From assembly GCA_903936565.1 (NCBI GenBank), contig CAIZVZ010000005.1:38315-102314 (forward strand): a stretch of DNA of 64,000 nucleotides. The letters run 5' to 3'. The DNA is from an uncultured bacterium (GTDB lineage Bacteria; Patescibacteriota; Minisyncoccia; Phycocordibacterales; CAIZLB01). Both the position numbers and the translations under genes were made by a program. Below, in pieces: positions 50,126 to 59,308 of this stretch (the first letter of the stretch is position 1; each line of letters starts with the position of its first letter). The notes under the pieces were generated by a model, which had not been told where the DNA came from, did not search any database, and saw only the letters and a list, made by a program, of their open reading frames with translations.

Positions 50126-51187
50126 ATGACTCAAGATTTTAATACAAATTTCTCAAATAACCCTTTAAATACAACAATAACCGATGAGGTATTGGAAAAG
50201 ATTGGGGACAAGGTACTAGATCAAGAACTAAGGCCTGGTAATTTTGAGGAGTATATTGGACAAGAACAGATCAAAAACAACCTTAAAATACTACTTACCG
50301 CAGCAAAAGAGCGCAACCACCCACCAGAACACTTGTTGTTTTATGGTCCACCAGGACTGGGTAAGACCACACTCGCCCACCTTATCGCTAAAGAGACGGG
50401 TTCACAGATCAAAATCACATCAGGGCCTGTTATAGAGCGCGTAGGAGATCTTGCTTCAGTTTTAACAAACCTATCACCAGGGGACATTCTGTTTATTGAT
50501 GAAATTCACCGTTTAAACAAAACTGTTGAAGAGGTACTTTATCCCGCTATGGAATCGGGTCAAATTGATATTATAATTGGAAAAGGCCCATCAGCTCGAA
50601 CTATTCAATTAGACCTACCTCCGTTCACCTTGATTTCCGCAACCACAAGGGTTGCCATGGTCTCCTCCCCTCTCCGCTCAAGATTTTCTGGAGGTGTATT
50701 TCGTCTGGAGTTCTATACAGAATCTGAAATATCAAAAATAGTTTCTAGATCTGCCAACATTCTTAATTTAAATATCGACAATGGCGCAATAGATGAAATT
50801 GCAAAAAGAAGTCGTTCTACCCCACGTACCGCAAACTATCTATTAAAGAGATGTAGAGATTATTCACAGGTTCTAAAAAAACAATTAACAAAAGAGGTGG
50901 TCGAGGAAGCTCTGTCGCTTCTTTCAATCGACAGACGAGGACTAACAGCAATGGATCGTTCTATACTTTCAACAATAATAGAAAAATACGACGGTGGACC
51001 CGTTGGTCTTGGAACAATCTCAGCTTCACTTTCTGAAGACGAAGCCACTATTGAAGAGTTCAGTGAACCGTATTTGATTCAACTGGGTTTTATTGAAAGA
51101 ACCCCTCGAGGACGTGTTGTTACAGCTCAGGGTTATGCTCACTTAGGAATAGATTATCCAGCTGAAAGACAAATTAAATTTGCTTAA
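50126..51187 (+). CDS. ruvB: Holliday junction helicase RuvB
   Basis: LRP, GPPGLGKTTLA, FIDEIHR, RTPRGR. Confidence 0.98.
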   Translation: MTQDFNTNFSNNPLNTTITDEVLEKIGDKVLDQELRPGNFEEYIGQEQIKNNLKILLTAAKERNHPPEHLLFYGPPGLGKTTLAHLIAKETGSQIKITSGPVIERVGDLASVLTNLSPGDILFIDEIHRLNKTVEEVLYPAMESGQIDIIIGKGPSARTIQLDLPPFTLISATTRVAMVSSPLRSRFSGGVFRLEFYTESEISKIVSRSANILNLNIDNGAIDEIAKRSRSTPRTANYLLKRCRDYSQVLKKQLTKEVVEEALSLLSIDRRGLTAMDRSILSTIIEKYDGGPVGLGTISASLSEDEATIEEFSEPYLIQLGFIERTPRGRVVTAQGYAHLGIDYPAERQIKFA

Positions 51188-51195
51188 TTATTTTA

Positions 51196-51669
51196 ATGAA
51201 AATATTATCAATAGATCCAGGGTACGAGAGGTTAGGTATAGCAATAATTGAGAAAGAGCAGGGTAAAAAAGACTTTCTTTTATATTCTGAATGTTTCAAG
51301 ACCAATGCAAAAATTCCTTTTGAAGACAGGTTATTAGAAATTGGGAATAAGGTGGAAGAACTAATATGTAACTATTCACCTTTTATATTAGCAATAGAAA
51401 CATTATTCTTCAGTAAAAACACGAAGACAGCGATGAGGGTTGCTGAGACTAGAGGCACAATTATTTACATTGCTAAAAAAAATAAATTAAATATAAAAGA
51501 AATTAATCCAATGGAGATTAAATTAGCGGTAACCGGTGATGGAAAAAGTGACAAGCAACAAATGACAAAAATGGTTCAGTTGATTTTAAAAATGGATAAA
51601 AAAGCAACCGATGACGAATATGATGCAATTGCTTGCGGTCTAGCGTGTTGCGCTCTAATTAGATATTAA
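51196..51669 (+). CDS. ruvC: Crossover junction endodeoxyribonuclease RuvC
   Basis: ILSIDPG, AIETLFF, AVTGDGKSDK, DDEYDAIA. Confidence 0.95.
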   Translation: MKILSIDPGYERLGIAIIEKEQGKKDFLLYSECFKTNAKIPFEDRLLEIGNKVEELICNYSPFILAIETLFFSKNTKTAMRVAETRGTIIYIAKKNKLNIKEINPMEIKLAVTGDGKSDKQQMTKMVQLILKMDKKATDDEYDAIACGLACCALIRY

Positions 51670-51801
51670 TTAAAGTTTTCTTAGAATTTTTACACTTTAA
51701 AGAAAGCCTCCATACAATATCCACAGTTTTACTTGCATATTTCTGTTTATGTGATAAATATATCAAATAAGTTTTAATAAAATAATCAAACAAAAACAAA
51801 C

Positions 51802-52101
51802 ATGACTGACGACCTATTGAATGATTCACTTACGGATGACACTTCTGAGGACGAAGTTCCAACTGAAGATACAGACCTAGATGAGATCGATGCCGATCTT
51901 GAGGAGAGTGATGTTGATCCATTATTAAGTACTCCGCTTGACGAAGATGCAGATGAGCTACCTGAAGATGCTGAAGTCGCACCAGACGATGAAGACCCCT
52001 TTGGTTTTGGAACACTTAAGATGGATGAAAATGGAGAGGTTGTAGAAGATGATGTGGATGAAGATGATGTAGAGGAGGAAGTTGATGAAAACTTATTTTA
52101 A
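51802..52101 (+). CDS. Hypothetical hyper-acidic protein
   Basis: 99 aa, 46 Asp/Glu by manual count, one Lys, no Arg. Confidence 0.7.
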   Translation: MTDDLLNDSLTDDTSEDEVPTEDTDLDEIDADLEESDVDPLLSTPLDEDADELPEDAEVAPDDEDPFGFGTLKMDENGEVVEDDVDEDDVEEEVDENLF

Positions 52102-52201
52102 TTAAAAAAACAACCTTAAACTTGGTTTTTAAAACTCAATCAACACACTGTAAAAAGTGTGTTTTTTGTTGTACAATAGGCAACATCATTATAATAATAA
52201 A

Positions 52202-54637
52202 ATGTTTAAAAAATACAACACAAAACGCTTCAGATTCATCCTAAAAAACACTATTTTAATTGCAATAATTGCTATTGTAGTTTTGACAGGAATATTCTTA
52301 ATCTGGGCATCTACAATCAAGACCCCCGATCTTTCTTCGTTCGACGATAGATTACTTGGTCAATCTGCAAAAATTTATGACAGGACAGGTAATGTTCTAC
52401 TTTATGACTTGAGCGAAAAAGTAAGAAGAACAGTTACACCTTTTGACCAAATATCTCCTTATGTAAAGAAGACAACTATAGCCATTGAGGATGTTGATTA
52501 TTATAATCACGGGGGAATTAAAATAACTTCAATAATTAGAGCTATTTTTGCAAACATTTTTAGCTTAAAATTCAGCCAAGGTGGATCAACCATTACCCAG
52601 CAGGTTGTTAAAAACTCCCTACTCTCTCAAAATAAAACTGTAACTAGAAAAATTAAGGAGTGGATTTTAGCTATTAAATTAGAACGAACCGCGTCAAAAG
52701 ATACTATTCTAAACATGTATTTAAATGAGGCTCCATACGGTGGAAATATATATGGAATAGAAGAAGCCAGTTCTTTATTTTTTAATAAGAAATCAAAAGA
52801 TCTAACTTTAGCTGAATCTGCATACCTAGCCGCTCTTCCTCAATCCCCCACAGTGTTGTCTCCTTACGGAAAAAACAAAGCTAAATTGGAGGCCAGAAAA
52901 AATCTAGTTCTTCAAAAGGCCTTGGATGCTAAAATGATAACAAAAGAGGAATATGATAAAGCTATGGCTGAAAAAGTAGTATTTCAACCAAAATCAATGG
53001 CTGGAATAAAAGCACCACACTTTGTAATGTATGTTAAAGACTATTTAGTTGATAAGTACGGGGAAGAACTATTAGCAAAAGGTGGTCTAAAAATTACAAC
53101 CACGCTAGATTACGAATTACAGCAAAAATCCGAAGAATTAATTTATAATTATGTAACAAAAAGTGGTCCCTCATTTAAAGCAACTAACGCAGCTTCTGTT
53201 GCGATAGACCCTAAAACAGGACAAATATTAATGATGGTTGGATCAAAAGATTATTTTGATAAAGAAAACAACGGTAACTTTAATGTTACAACAGCCCACA
53301 GACAACCAGGTTCATCTTTTAAGCCCTTTGCTTATGTAACCGCCTTTATGAAGGGGTATATTCCAAGCTCACCACTTTTCGACGTTCAAACCGAGTTTAA
53401 TGTAAAATGTGAACCACTAATTAACGAAAAAGACAAAGAAAAGCCGGGTTGTTATACACCACAGAACTACGAAGGTGGTTTTAAGGGATTGATGACATTC
53501 AGATCAGCACTCGCTCAATCAAGAAACATTCCATCTGTTAAAGCTCTTTATTTAGCTGGGGTAGACGACACAATCAAAACAGCAACAAAGATGGGTATTA
53601 ATGATTTAGGCCCAGCTTCACAATATGGATTAACATTAGTCCTTGGAGGGGGTGAAGTCTCACCCCTTGATATGACATCTGCTTATGGGGTTTTTGCCAA
53701 TAACGGTAAAAAAACACCGATAATTTCGGTTCTTAAAATTGAAACAGATAAAGGTGAGGTACTAGAAAAAACACCGGAGCAAGTTAAAGAAGAGCAAGTT
53801 ATAACAGAGCAATCTGCAAAACTGATAAACGATATTCTATCCGATAAACAAGCTCGATCTTCAATTTTTGCACCGAGTATGTTCGGAGACAGGGCTGTTG
53901 CAATAAAAACAGGTACAACAAACAACTCCAGAGATGCCTGGGAAATTGGATATACACCGAGTATTTCAATTGGTACCTGGATGGGAAATAATGACAACAC
54001 ACCCATGGCACAGCAAGCATCGGCCAGAATCGTTGGTCCTCTATGGAAAAGTATCATGGATTTTCAACTAGCGAGAATTCCAGTTGAAAGCTTTGACACC
54101 CCAGAACCAACAGAAAAAGGTCTTAAACCATTCTTAACTGGCGCATGGATGGGCCCAGGTAATGAAGTTCACTCGGAATTATACTGGGTAGATAGAAGAG
54201 ACCCAAAAGGGTCGGTACCTGGAATTAATTCAAACGATGAACAGTTTAGAAACTGGGAATATGGAGTGTTGAACTGGTCAAGAGGAGCTCAAGCTTCAAC
54301 ATTGATTCAGAACACTCCGATTACAACACTATCAAACCCAGGTTCAACAAATCAAATAGTTAATAATATATTCAAAATTACACAACCTACAAACTTTGCA
54401 ACAATTGATAAACAATCAAGACAATCAATTATTGTATCTGGTTTTAAAAACAACACTGTATCAGTCGAATATTATATAAACGGTATCTCAATAGGTAAAT
54501 CAACAGAACCCCCATTCGTTTATTCTTACACACCAAAAGACACACCCTCCAGTGATTTTGAAGATGAATTAAAGGCAATAGAGAGAGATTCGGACGGTAA
54601 TCAAAGAGAAACAACCGCCGTTTATTCAATTAAATAA
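52202..54637 (+). CDS. Class A penicillin-binding protein (PBP1A-like)
   Basis: AIED, QGGSTITQQVVKN, RKIKE; SSFK, SRN, KTGT; start ATG 52202. Confidence 0.94.
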   Translation: MFKKYNTKRFRFILKNTILIAIIAIVVLTGIFLIWASTIKTPDLSSFDDRLLGQSAKIYDRTGNVLLYDLSEKVRRTVTPFDQISPYVKKTTIAIEDVDYYNHGGIKITSIIRAIFANIFSLKFSQGGSTITQQVVKNSLLSQNKTVTRKIKEWILAIKLERTASKDTILNMYLNEAPYGGNIYGIEEASSLFFNKKSKDLTLAESAYLAALPQSPTVLSPYGKNKAKLEARKNLVLQKALDAKMITKEEYDKAMAEKVVFQPKSMAGIKAPHFVMYVKDYLVDKYGEELLAKGGLKITTTLDYELQQKSEELIYNYVTKSGPSFKATNAASVAIDPKTGQILMMVGSKDYFDKENNGNFNVTTAHRQPGSSFKPFAYVTAFMKGYIPSSPLFDVQTEFNVKCEPLINEKDKEKPGCYTPQNYEGGFKGLMTFRSALAQSRNIPSVKALYLAGVDDTIKTATKMGINDLGPASQYGLTLVLGGGEVSPLDMTSAYGVFANNGKKTPIISVLKIETDKGEVLEKTPEQVKEEQVITEQSAKLINDILSDKQARSSIFAPSMFGDRAVAIKTGTTNNSRDAWEIGYTPSISIGTWMGNNDNTPMAQQASARIVGPLWKSIMDFQLARIPVESFDTPEPTEKGLKPFLTGAWMGPGNEVHSELYWVDRRDPKGSVPGINSNDEQFRNWEYGVLNWSRGAQASTLIQNTPITTLSNPGSTNQIVNNIFKITQPTNFATIDKQSRQSIIVSGFKNNTVSVEYYINGISIGKSTEPPFVYSYTPKDTPSSDFEDELKAIERDSDGNQRETTAVYSIK

Positions 54638-54644
54638 ATTACAC

Positions 54645-54688
54645 AAAAAAAACACTCTCTCCCATATCCAGGAGAGAGTGTTTTTTTA
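54645..54688. terminator. Bidirectional intrinsic terminator
   Basis: aaaaaaacactctctcc-loop-ggagagagtgttttttt between convergent genes. Confidence 0.85.
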
Positions 54689-54946
54689 TTAAAAGCTAAT
54701 TGTATCAACCATTCTATCGGGTACAGATGTTTTAATTACTTCCAACAACTTATCCTTTCTAATAAAAAGAAAACTCTTTTGAACCGAATTAACCTTTAAA
54801 ATTAGAGTGTTTTTTCTAAAAAAAACCTGACTACTTTCAATTTCTAAACCAAAAGTGTTTTTAACAACATCAGCAACAACCCTCTTATCATCAAGGGGAT
54901 TCCTAATCTTCGTATAAGCACCTAATAAATCACCTATATTTATCAT
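54689..54946 (-). CDS. Small protein, possibly DciA/DUF721-like
   Basis: 85 aa directly after dnaN; NTLILKVNSVQKSFLFIRKDKLLEVI resembles the DciA KH-like core. Confidence 0.5.
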   Translation of the reverse strand: MINIGDLLGAYTKIRNPLDDKRVVADVVKNTFGLEIESSQVFFRKNTLILKVNSVQKSFLFIRKDKLLEVIKTSVPDRMVDTISF

Positions 54947-54951
54947 TTATA

Positions 54952-56052
54952 TTATTTATTCATCGGCATCAATAGATACAGAAAACTTTGTTCCCCAAAA
55001 GCCTTCATAATCATCGGTTTATTAACCCCACTAAAAGATAGTGTTAAGCTGTCGGAACCTATAGAAACCAAGGCGTCCATTATATATTTGTAATTAAAGT
55101 TAATATTCAACGCCTCCCCCGTTATATTCCCTGGTATTGTAACGGTATTTTCACCAACGTTATTGTTTTTTGTAACAACCTCAATATTTTTCTCCTCTGG
55201 GTGAATTATAAACTTAGTGTGATTAAATGAATCTGTAAAAATTGAACTTGTTTTAAAACAATTCACCAAATCCTGCTTTAGGATTGTAATTTCAGAAACA
55301 AACTCCTTTGGAATAATAGCTTTGTAATTAGGAAAATTACCTTCGACAATCCTGGAAACCAAATATATATCATTATAACTTATTGCTATTTGATTTTGTT
55401 CAATGGTAATTTTTAAATCATCATTAATACCTTCAAAAAATCTAATTATCTCGACTGCATTCTTAACCGGTATCAGAACCTGAGAAAAATCAATCATCTT
55501 TTTAAGTTTTAATGTTTTTTCCGCTAGACGTAATCCATCCGTTGCAACAAACACAATAGAATCGTCCTCAGGAGTCACACAAACGCTGGAGAGCTCAGGT
55601 TTAATACTCGAAGTAGCAGAACTATACCAAACAGACTTAATACCTCCCACAAGGCTTTCTGCGGGTATTTCAATATATTTAGACATATCAACCTTAGGTA
55701 TTATCGGATAATCATCATTTGGAAATATTTTAATGATTGTATTTGTCTTTGGAGTTGATACAAGTAGATTTCCATCCTGTAAATCTAAGGTAACTGTTTT
55801 TTCGAGTTGTATACTATTCAAGAATGAGTTCAACACAGAACCTGGTATTGCAACAGATCCTTCAACCTCAACTTTTGCAGGTATTTTAATTTCAATACCA
55901 ACATCTAGATTTGTTGAGTTAATGAATAAACTATTTTCAGTTGCTTTTAAAAGAATACAACTAAGAACTGGTAATGTATTGTTCTTACTTGTAATCTTTT
56001 CAGCTTTTGAAACAGCTTCAGCTAACCTCTCTCTTATGCATTCTATTTTCAT
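54952..56052 (-). CDS. dnaN: DNA polymerase III beta clamp
   Basis: TLPVLSCILL, STNLD, VATDGLRLA, GNFPNY, LLMPM. Confidence 0.97.
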   Translation of the reverse strand: MKIECIRERLAEAVSKAEKITSKNNTLPVLSCILLKATENSLFINSTNLDVGIEIKIPAKVEVEGSVAIPGSVLNSFLNSIQLEKTVTLDLQDGNLLVSTPKTNTIIKIFPNDDYPIIPKVDMSKYIEIPAESLVGGIKSVWYSSATSSIKPELSSVCVTPEDDSIVFVATDGLRLAEKTLKLKKMIDFSQVLIPVKNAVEIIRFFEGINDDLKITIEQNQIAISYNDIYLVSRIVEGNFPNYKAIIPKEFVSEITILKQDLVNCFKTSSIFTDSFNHTKFIIHPEEKNIEVVTKNNNVGENTVTIPGNITGEALNINFNYKYIMDALVSIGSDSLTLSFSGVNKPMIMKAFGEQSFLYLLMPMNK

Positions 56053-56424
56053 GGTGTATTAATTATATATCTTTATTAATAAAAAAGCTTATCACTACTA
56101 TAGCTGTGGATATGTGGACTTTTTGATATACCCTTTAATTTAACTCTTTTTTGATAAAAGACAAACTAAGAGACAGTGTTTCTGATGGTGGCTTAAATAA
56201 TGTCTTTTAGAGGTATGTTGATAAGTACACATAGAACTAACATCGTATACAGAGTACTATACAGCTTTTATACAGGATAAACATATAATACCAACATGTT
56301 ATGCACATACTTATACACATTTTCAGCTACAAATATATGTTGTTTAATAAGAAAAACAGCGGTTTTGGACGCTGTTTCCGTATATTAACCCAGGTTTAGG
56401 GGTATAGGTATGGAACTCTTTTAA
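56053..56424. other. Probable replication origin (oriC)
   Basis: dnaA-dnaN intergenic region with DnaA-box-like 9-mers (tgtggatat 56105, tgttgataa 56216, ttatgcaca 56299, ttatacaca 56311) and an AT-rich stretch next to dnaN. Confidence 0.75.
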
Positions 56425-57759
56425 TTAGATCATTGCCTTGATTTGATTGATTTCGGATTGTAGTTCGGTGTTAATTTTAAGTTCATTCTTAATTTTTTCA
56501 CAGGAGTGTATTACGGTTGTATGGTCTCTTCCCCCTAATTTTTGACCGATTGACGGTAGGGATATGTTGTAAAACTCTCTTAATATGTACATCGTTAGTT
56601 GTCTTGGTTTTACCACCTCCTGTCTCCTTGTTTTGTTGTATATTGCCTCTTCTTCTATGTTGTAGAAAGCTGATACTGCTCTAACAACATCCTTAACAGA
56701 TACGTTCTTATGGGGCTTACCTGAGTTCTTTGTGAATTGTTTAACTTCATTCAGTGTCAAATCTCTACCTTTAAGTTGAGATTGGCATATAACTGTATTT
56801 AAAATACCCTCTAATTCTCTTATACTTCCCCCAACAGAGGTTGCTAAACACATTGCAATTTCATTGGAAAGTGAAAAGTTGTTAATTCTAGCCTTGGTCT
56901 TTAGGATTGCCATTCTTGATTCTGTGTCAGCTGGTGAAATGTCAATGATCATTCCGGCCATGAACCTTGATTTTAAACGATCCTCAATGTTAGGTAGATA
57001 GTTGACGTGAACATCTGATGAAAATATGATTTGCTTATTGTTATCATATAAGTGATTAAATAGGTGAAACAACTCCTCCTGGGTTTTTTCCTTATTTGAA
57101 AGGAATTGTATATCATCTATGATTAAAACATCATATTTCCTATACTTATCCTTAAAATTATTGATTTTTCCTGCTTGTAGTGAGGTTATGTAGTCTGTTG
57201 TGAACTTTTCAGAAGTAACATAAAAAACCCTTCTGTCTTTATTGTGGTTCTTTATATGATTTCCTATGGCCTGCATTAAGTGAGTTTTACCCAACCCTGT
57301 GTTGCCGTAGTAAAAAAGAGGGTTATAAGCAACAGGCTTCTTGATTATTGCCTGAGCTGCAGCGTGCGCTAACTCATTAAACTGTCCCACAACAAAGTTT
57401 TCAAAGGTATAACGAGGGTTTAGATTGTCTTCTGGATTAATAAACAGACCACTAAGAGGTAAATCCTTACTTATCGATGATTCCCCTTCTTCACCATCCT
57501 CCTTCTTCTTTTTCTGTGCAGCAATTATATATTCTACAGATCTGATATTTTCATCCTCTGTTCGCAATATTTCAAGAATTTTTTTGTGATATCTTTGTGA
57601 TAACCATTCTTTTGCAAAAGTATTTGGTACAGCTAGATAAACAATACCCCCATCTATCTTATTTATATAAGTGTCTTTAAACCATGTTGAAAAATTAGCT
57701 CTTGAGACTTCGATTTCCATTTGTGCTAATACTCCATCCCATAGTTTTTTTATCTCCAT
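56425..57759 (-). CDS. dnaA: Chromosomal replication initiator DnaA
   Basis: YTFENFVVG, GNTGLGKTHL, IDDIQF, RELEG, GGRDHTTVIH; start ATG 57759. Confidence 0.98.
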   Translation of the reverse strand: MEIKKLWDGVLAQMEIEVSRANFSTWFKDTYINKIDGGIVYLAVPNTFAKEWLSQRYHKKILEILRTEDENIRSVEYIIAAQKKKKEDGEEGESSISKDLPLSGLFINPEDNLNPRYTFENFVVGQFNELAHAAAQAIIKKPVAYNPLFYYGNTGLGKTHLMQAIGNHIKNHNKDRRVFYVTSEKFTTDYITSLQAGKINNFKDKYRKYDVLIIDDIQFLSNKEKTQEELFHLFNHLYDNNKQIIFSSDVHVNYLPNIEDRLKSRFMAGMIIDISPADTESRMAILKTKARINNFSLSNEIAMCLATSVGGSIRELEGILNTVICQSQLKGRDLTLNEVKQFTKNSGKPHKNVSVKDVVRAVSAFYNIEEEAIYNKTRRQEVVKPRQLTMYILREFYNISLPSIGQKLGGRDHTTVIHSCEKIKNELKINTELQSEINQIKAMI

Positions 57760-57828
57760 ATTGCTAAATATTATACCCTCTGCTTTTTTAAAAGAAACTT
57801 GAAGAAAATATAAAAGTATGTTCATACC

Positions 57829-57837
57829 TGTGGATAA
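57829..57837. promoter_or_regulatory. Perfect DnaA box upstream of dnaA
   Basis: tgtggataa (TTATCCACA on the minus strand). Confidence 0.8.
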
Positions 57838-57936
57838 CTCGTTTACTTTATGCAAAAATGTTTCTTAATTTTTAAGACCATATTTAAAGGGTGATTAAAG
57901 TTTACAAAAAATCAAAAATGATGTAATATCCTTGTT

Positions 57937-58071
57937 ATGTCTCAAACATACCAACCAAATAAGAGAAAGAGAGCTAAAACACACGGTTTCCTTGTGAGAA
58001 CATCAACACATGGAGGACGTCGTGTTTTGGCGGCTCGTCGCGCTAAAGGTAGAAAGAAACTGTCAGTATAG
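57937..58071 (+). CDS. rpmH: 50S ribosomal protein L34 (not in the ORF track)
   Basis: Manual translation [44 protein letters not shown]. Confidence 0.97.
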   Translation: MSQTYQPNKRKRAKTHGFLVRTSTHGGRRVLAARRAKGRKKLSV

Positions 58072-58121
58072 CCCCTGTTTACTTTGGTGTGTTTCTTAAG
58101 CACCCTTAAATAAAGCCATTC

Positions 58122-58535
58122 ATGACCATAAAAAGCCTTTCTTCCTCGCAAATCGCAGAAATTATGAAAAAGGGAAAAGCCTATAATTCAGGCTTTTTTC
58201 TTTTGAAGGTGGGTGAAGGTAGGGGTGTAAGGGGTTTAATAAATGATAATAATGTCGGTGTTGTTGGTGATTCAATAGAAAATGGTTACAACGACCTCAA
58301 AGGATCGTTTTTGTCTTCCAAAAAGGTCTATTTAAAAGCTGTAGATAGAAATAGAACTAAAAGAATACTAAAAGAGGCTTTTATTAAGGCTATCAAGGAC
58401 GTTAACAGTGATAATTTAAAAGTTTCTATCCCCTATTTTGTGATTCTTTCTAATAAAAACACAATTAAGGAAGAATTTGCTGATATTGTTAAAGATGTAA
58501 AGCAAATTTTATTAAAAGATTATATAATAAGATAA
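58122..58535 (+). CDS. rnpA: Ribonuclease P protein component
   Basis: SKKVYLKAVDRNRTKR (RNR motif); rpmH-rnpA-yidC synteny. Confidence 0.88.
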   Translation: MTIKSLSSSQIAEIMKKGKAYNSGFFLLKVGEGRGVRGLINDNNVGVVGDSIENGYNDLKGSFLSSKKVYLKAVDRNRTKRILKEAFIKAIKDVNSDNLKVSIPYFVILSNKNTIKEEFADIVKDVKQILLKDYIIR

Positions 58536-59269
58536 TGATATCAAATTTTTTTAGCGTAACATTTTATAACCCCCTCTATAATGGACTTGTTTTTATAATT
58601 AATAATACCCCTGGAGCTGATTTGGGTGTAGCTGTTATTATATTTACATGTATCGTTAAGTTTATTTTAATTCCCCTTTCAAAAAGCTCTGTTGTAACAC
58701 AGTTAAAAATGAAGGCATTAGAGCCTGAATTAAATAAAATTAAAGAAAAGTATGCGGATAATAAGGAGGAGCAAGCCAGAAAGATGTTTGAGTTCTACAA
58801 GGAAAATAAGCTTAATCCATTTTCTGGAATATTCTTATTGCTAATTCAGCTACCAATCATCCTTTCTCTTGCTAGTATATTCTATACATCAGGTCTACCT
58901 AATATTAATGCAAATATTTTGTATGATTTTATTCCAAACCCCCAGACGGTAAATACTTTTTTCTTGGGTTTTTTGGATGTAACAAAAAAGAATTTTTGGT
59001 TAAGTGTTGTTGTTGGAGTCACTCAATTTATACAAATTAGATACTCTGTCCCTGCTTATAAGTCATCAGGAAAAGCTGGAAAACAAGAGGAGTTTGCAAA
59101 AAGTATGAATATTCAAATGAGATATACAATGCCTGCAATTGTATTTTTAATATCATTTAGCTTAACCTCCGCTATTTCTCTATATTGGATAACCTCGAAT
59201 ATCTTTGCAATCGCACAGGAAGTGTACTTTAGAAAAACAGTTAAAAAAGACCTTGAAAATAAACAATAA
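58535..59269 (+). CDS. yidC: Membrane protein insertase YidC (short form)
   Basis: LEPELNKIKEKY, YKENKLNPFSG..LIQLP, LYWITSN. Confidence 0.94.
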   Translation: MISNFFSVTFYNPLYNGLVFIINNTPGADLGVAVIIFTCIVKFILIPLSKSSVVTQLKMKALEPELNKIKEKYADNKEEQARKMFEFYKENKLNPFSGIFLLLIQLPIILSLASIFYTSGLPNINANILYDFIPNPQTVNTFFLGFLDVTKKNFWLSVVVGVTQFIQIRYSVPAYKSSGKAGKQEEFAKSMNIQMRYTMPAIVFLISFSLTSAISLYWITSNIFAIAQEVYFRKTVKKDLENKQ

Positions 59270-59308
59270 AATCAAGATCCTTCTTTTAAAATTAGTCTAA
59301 ATAAACCT

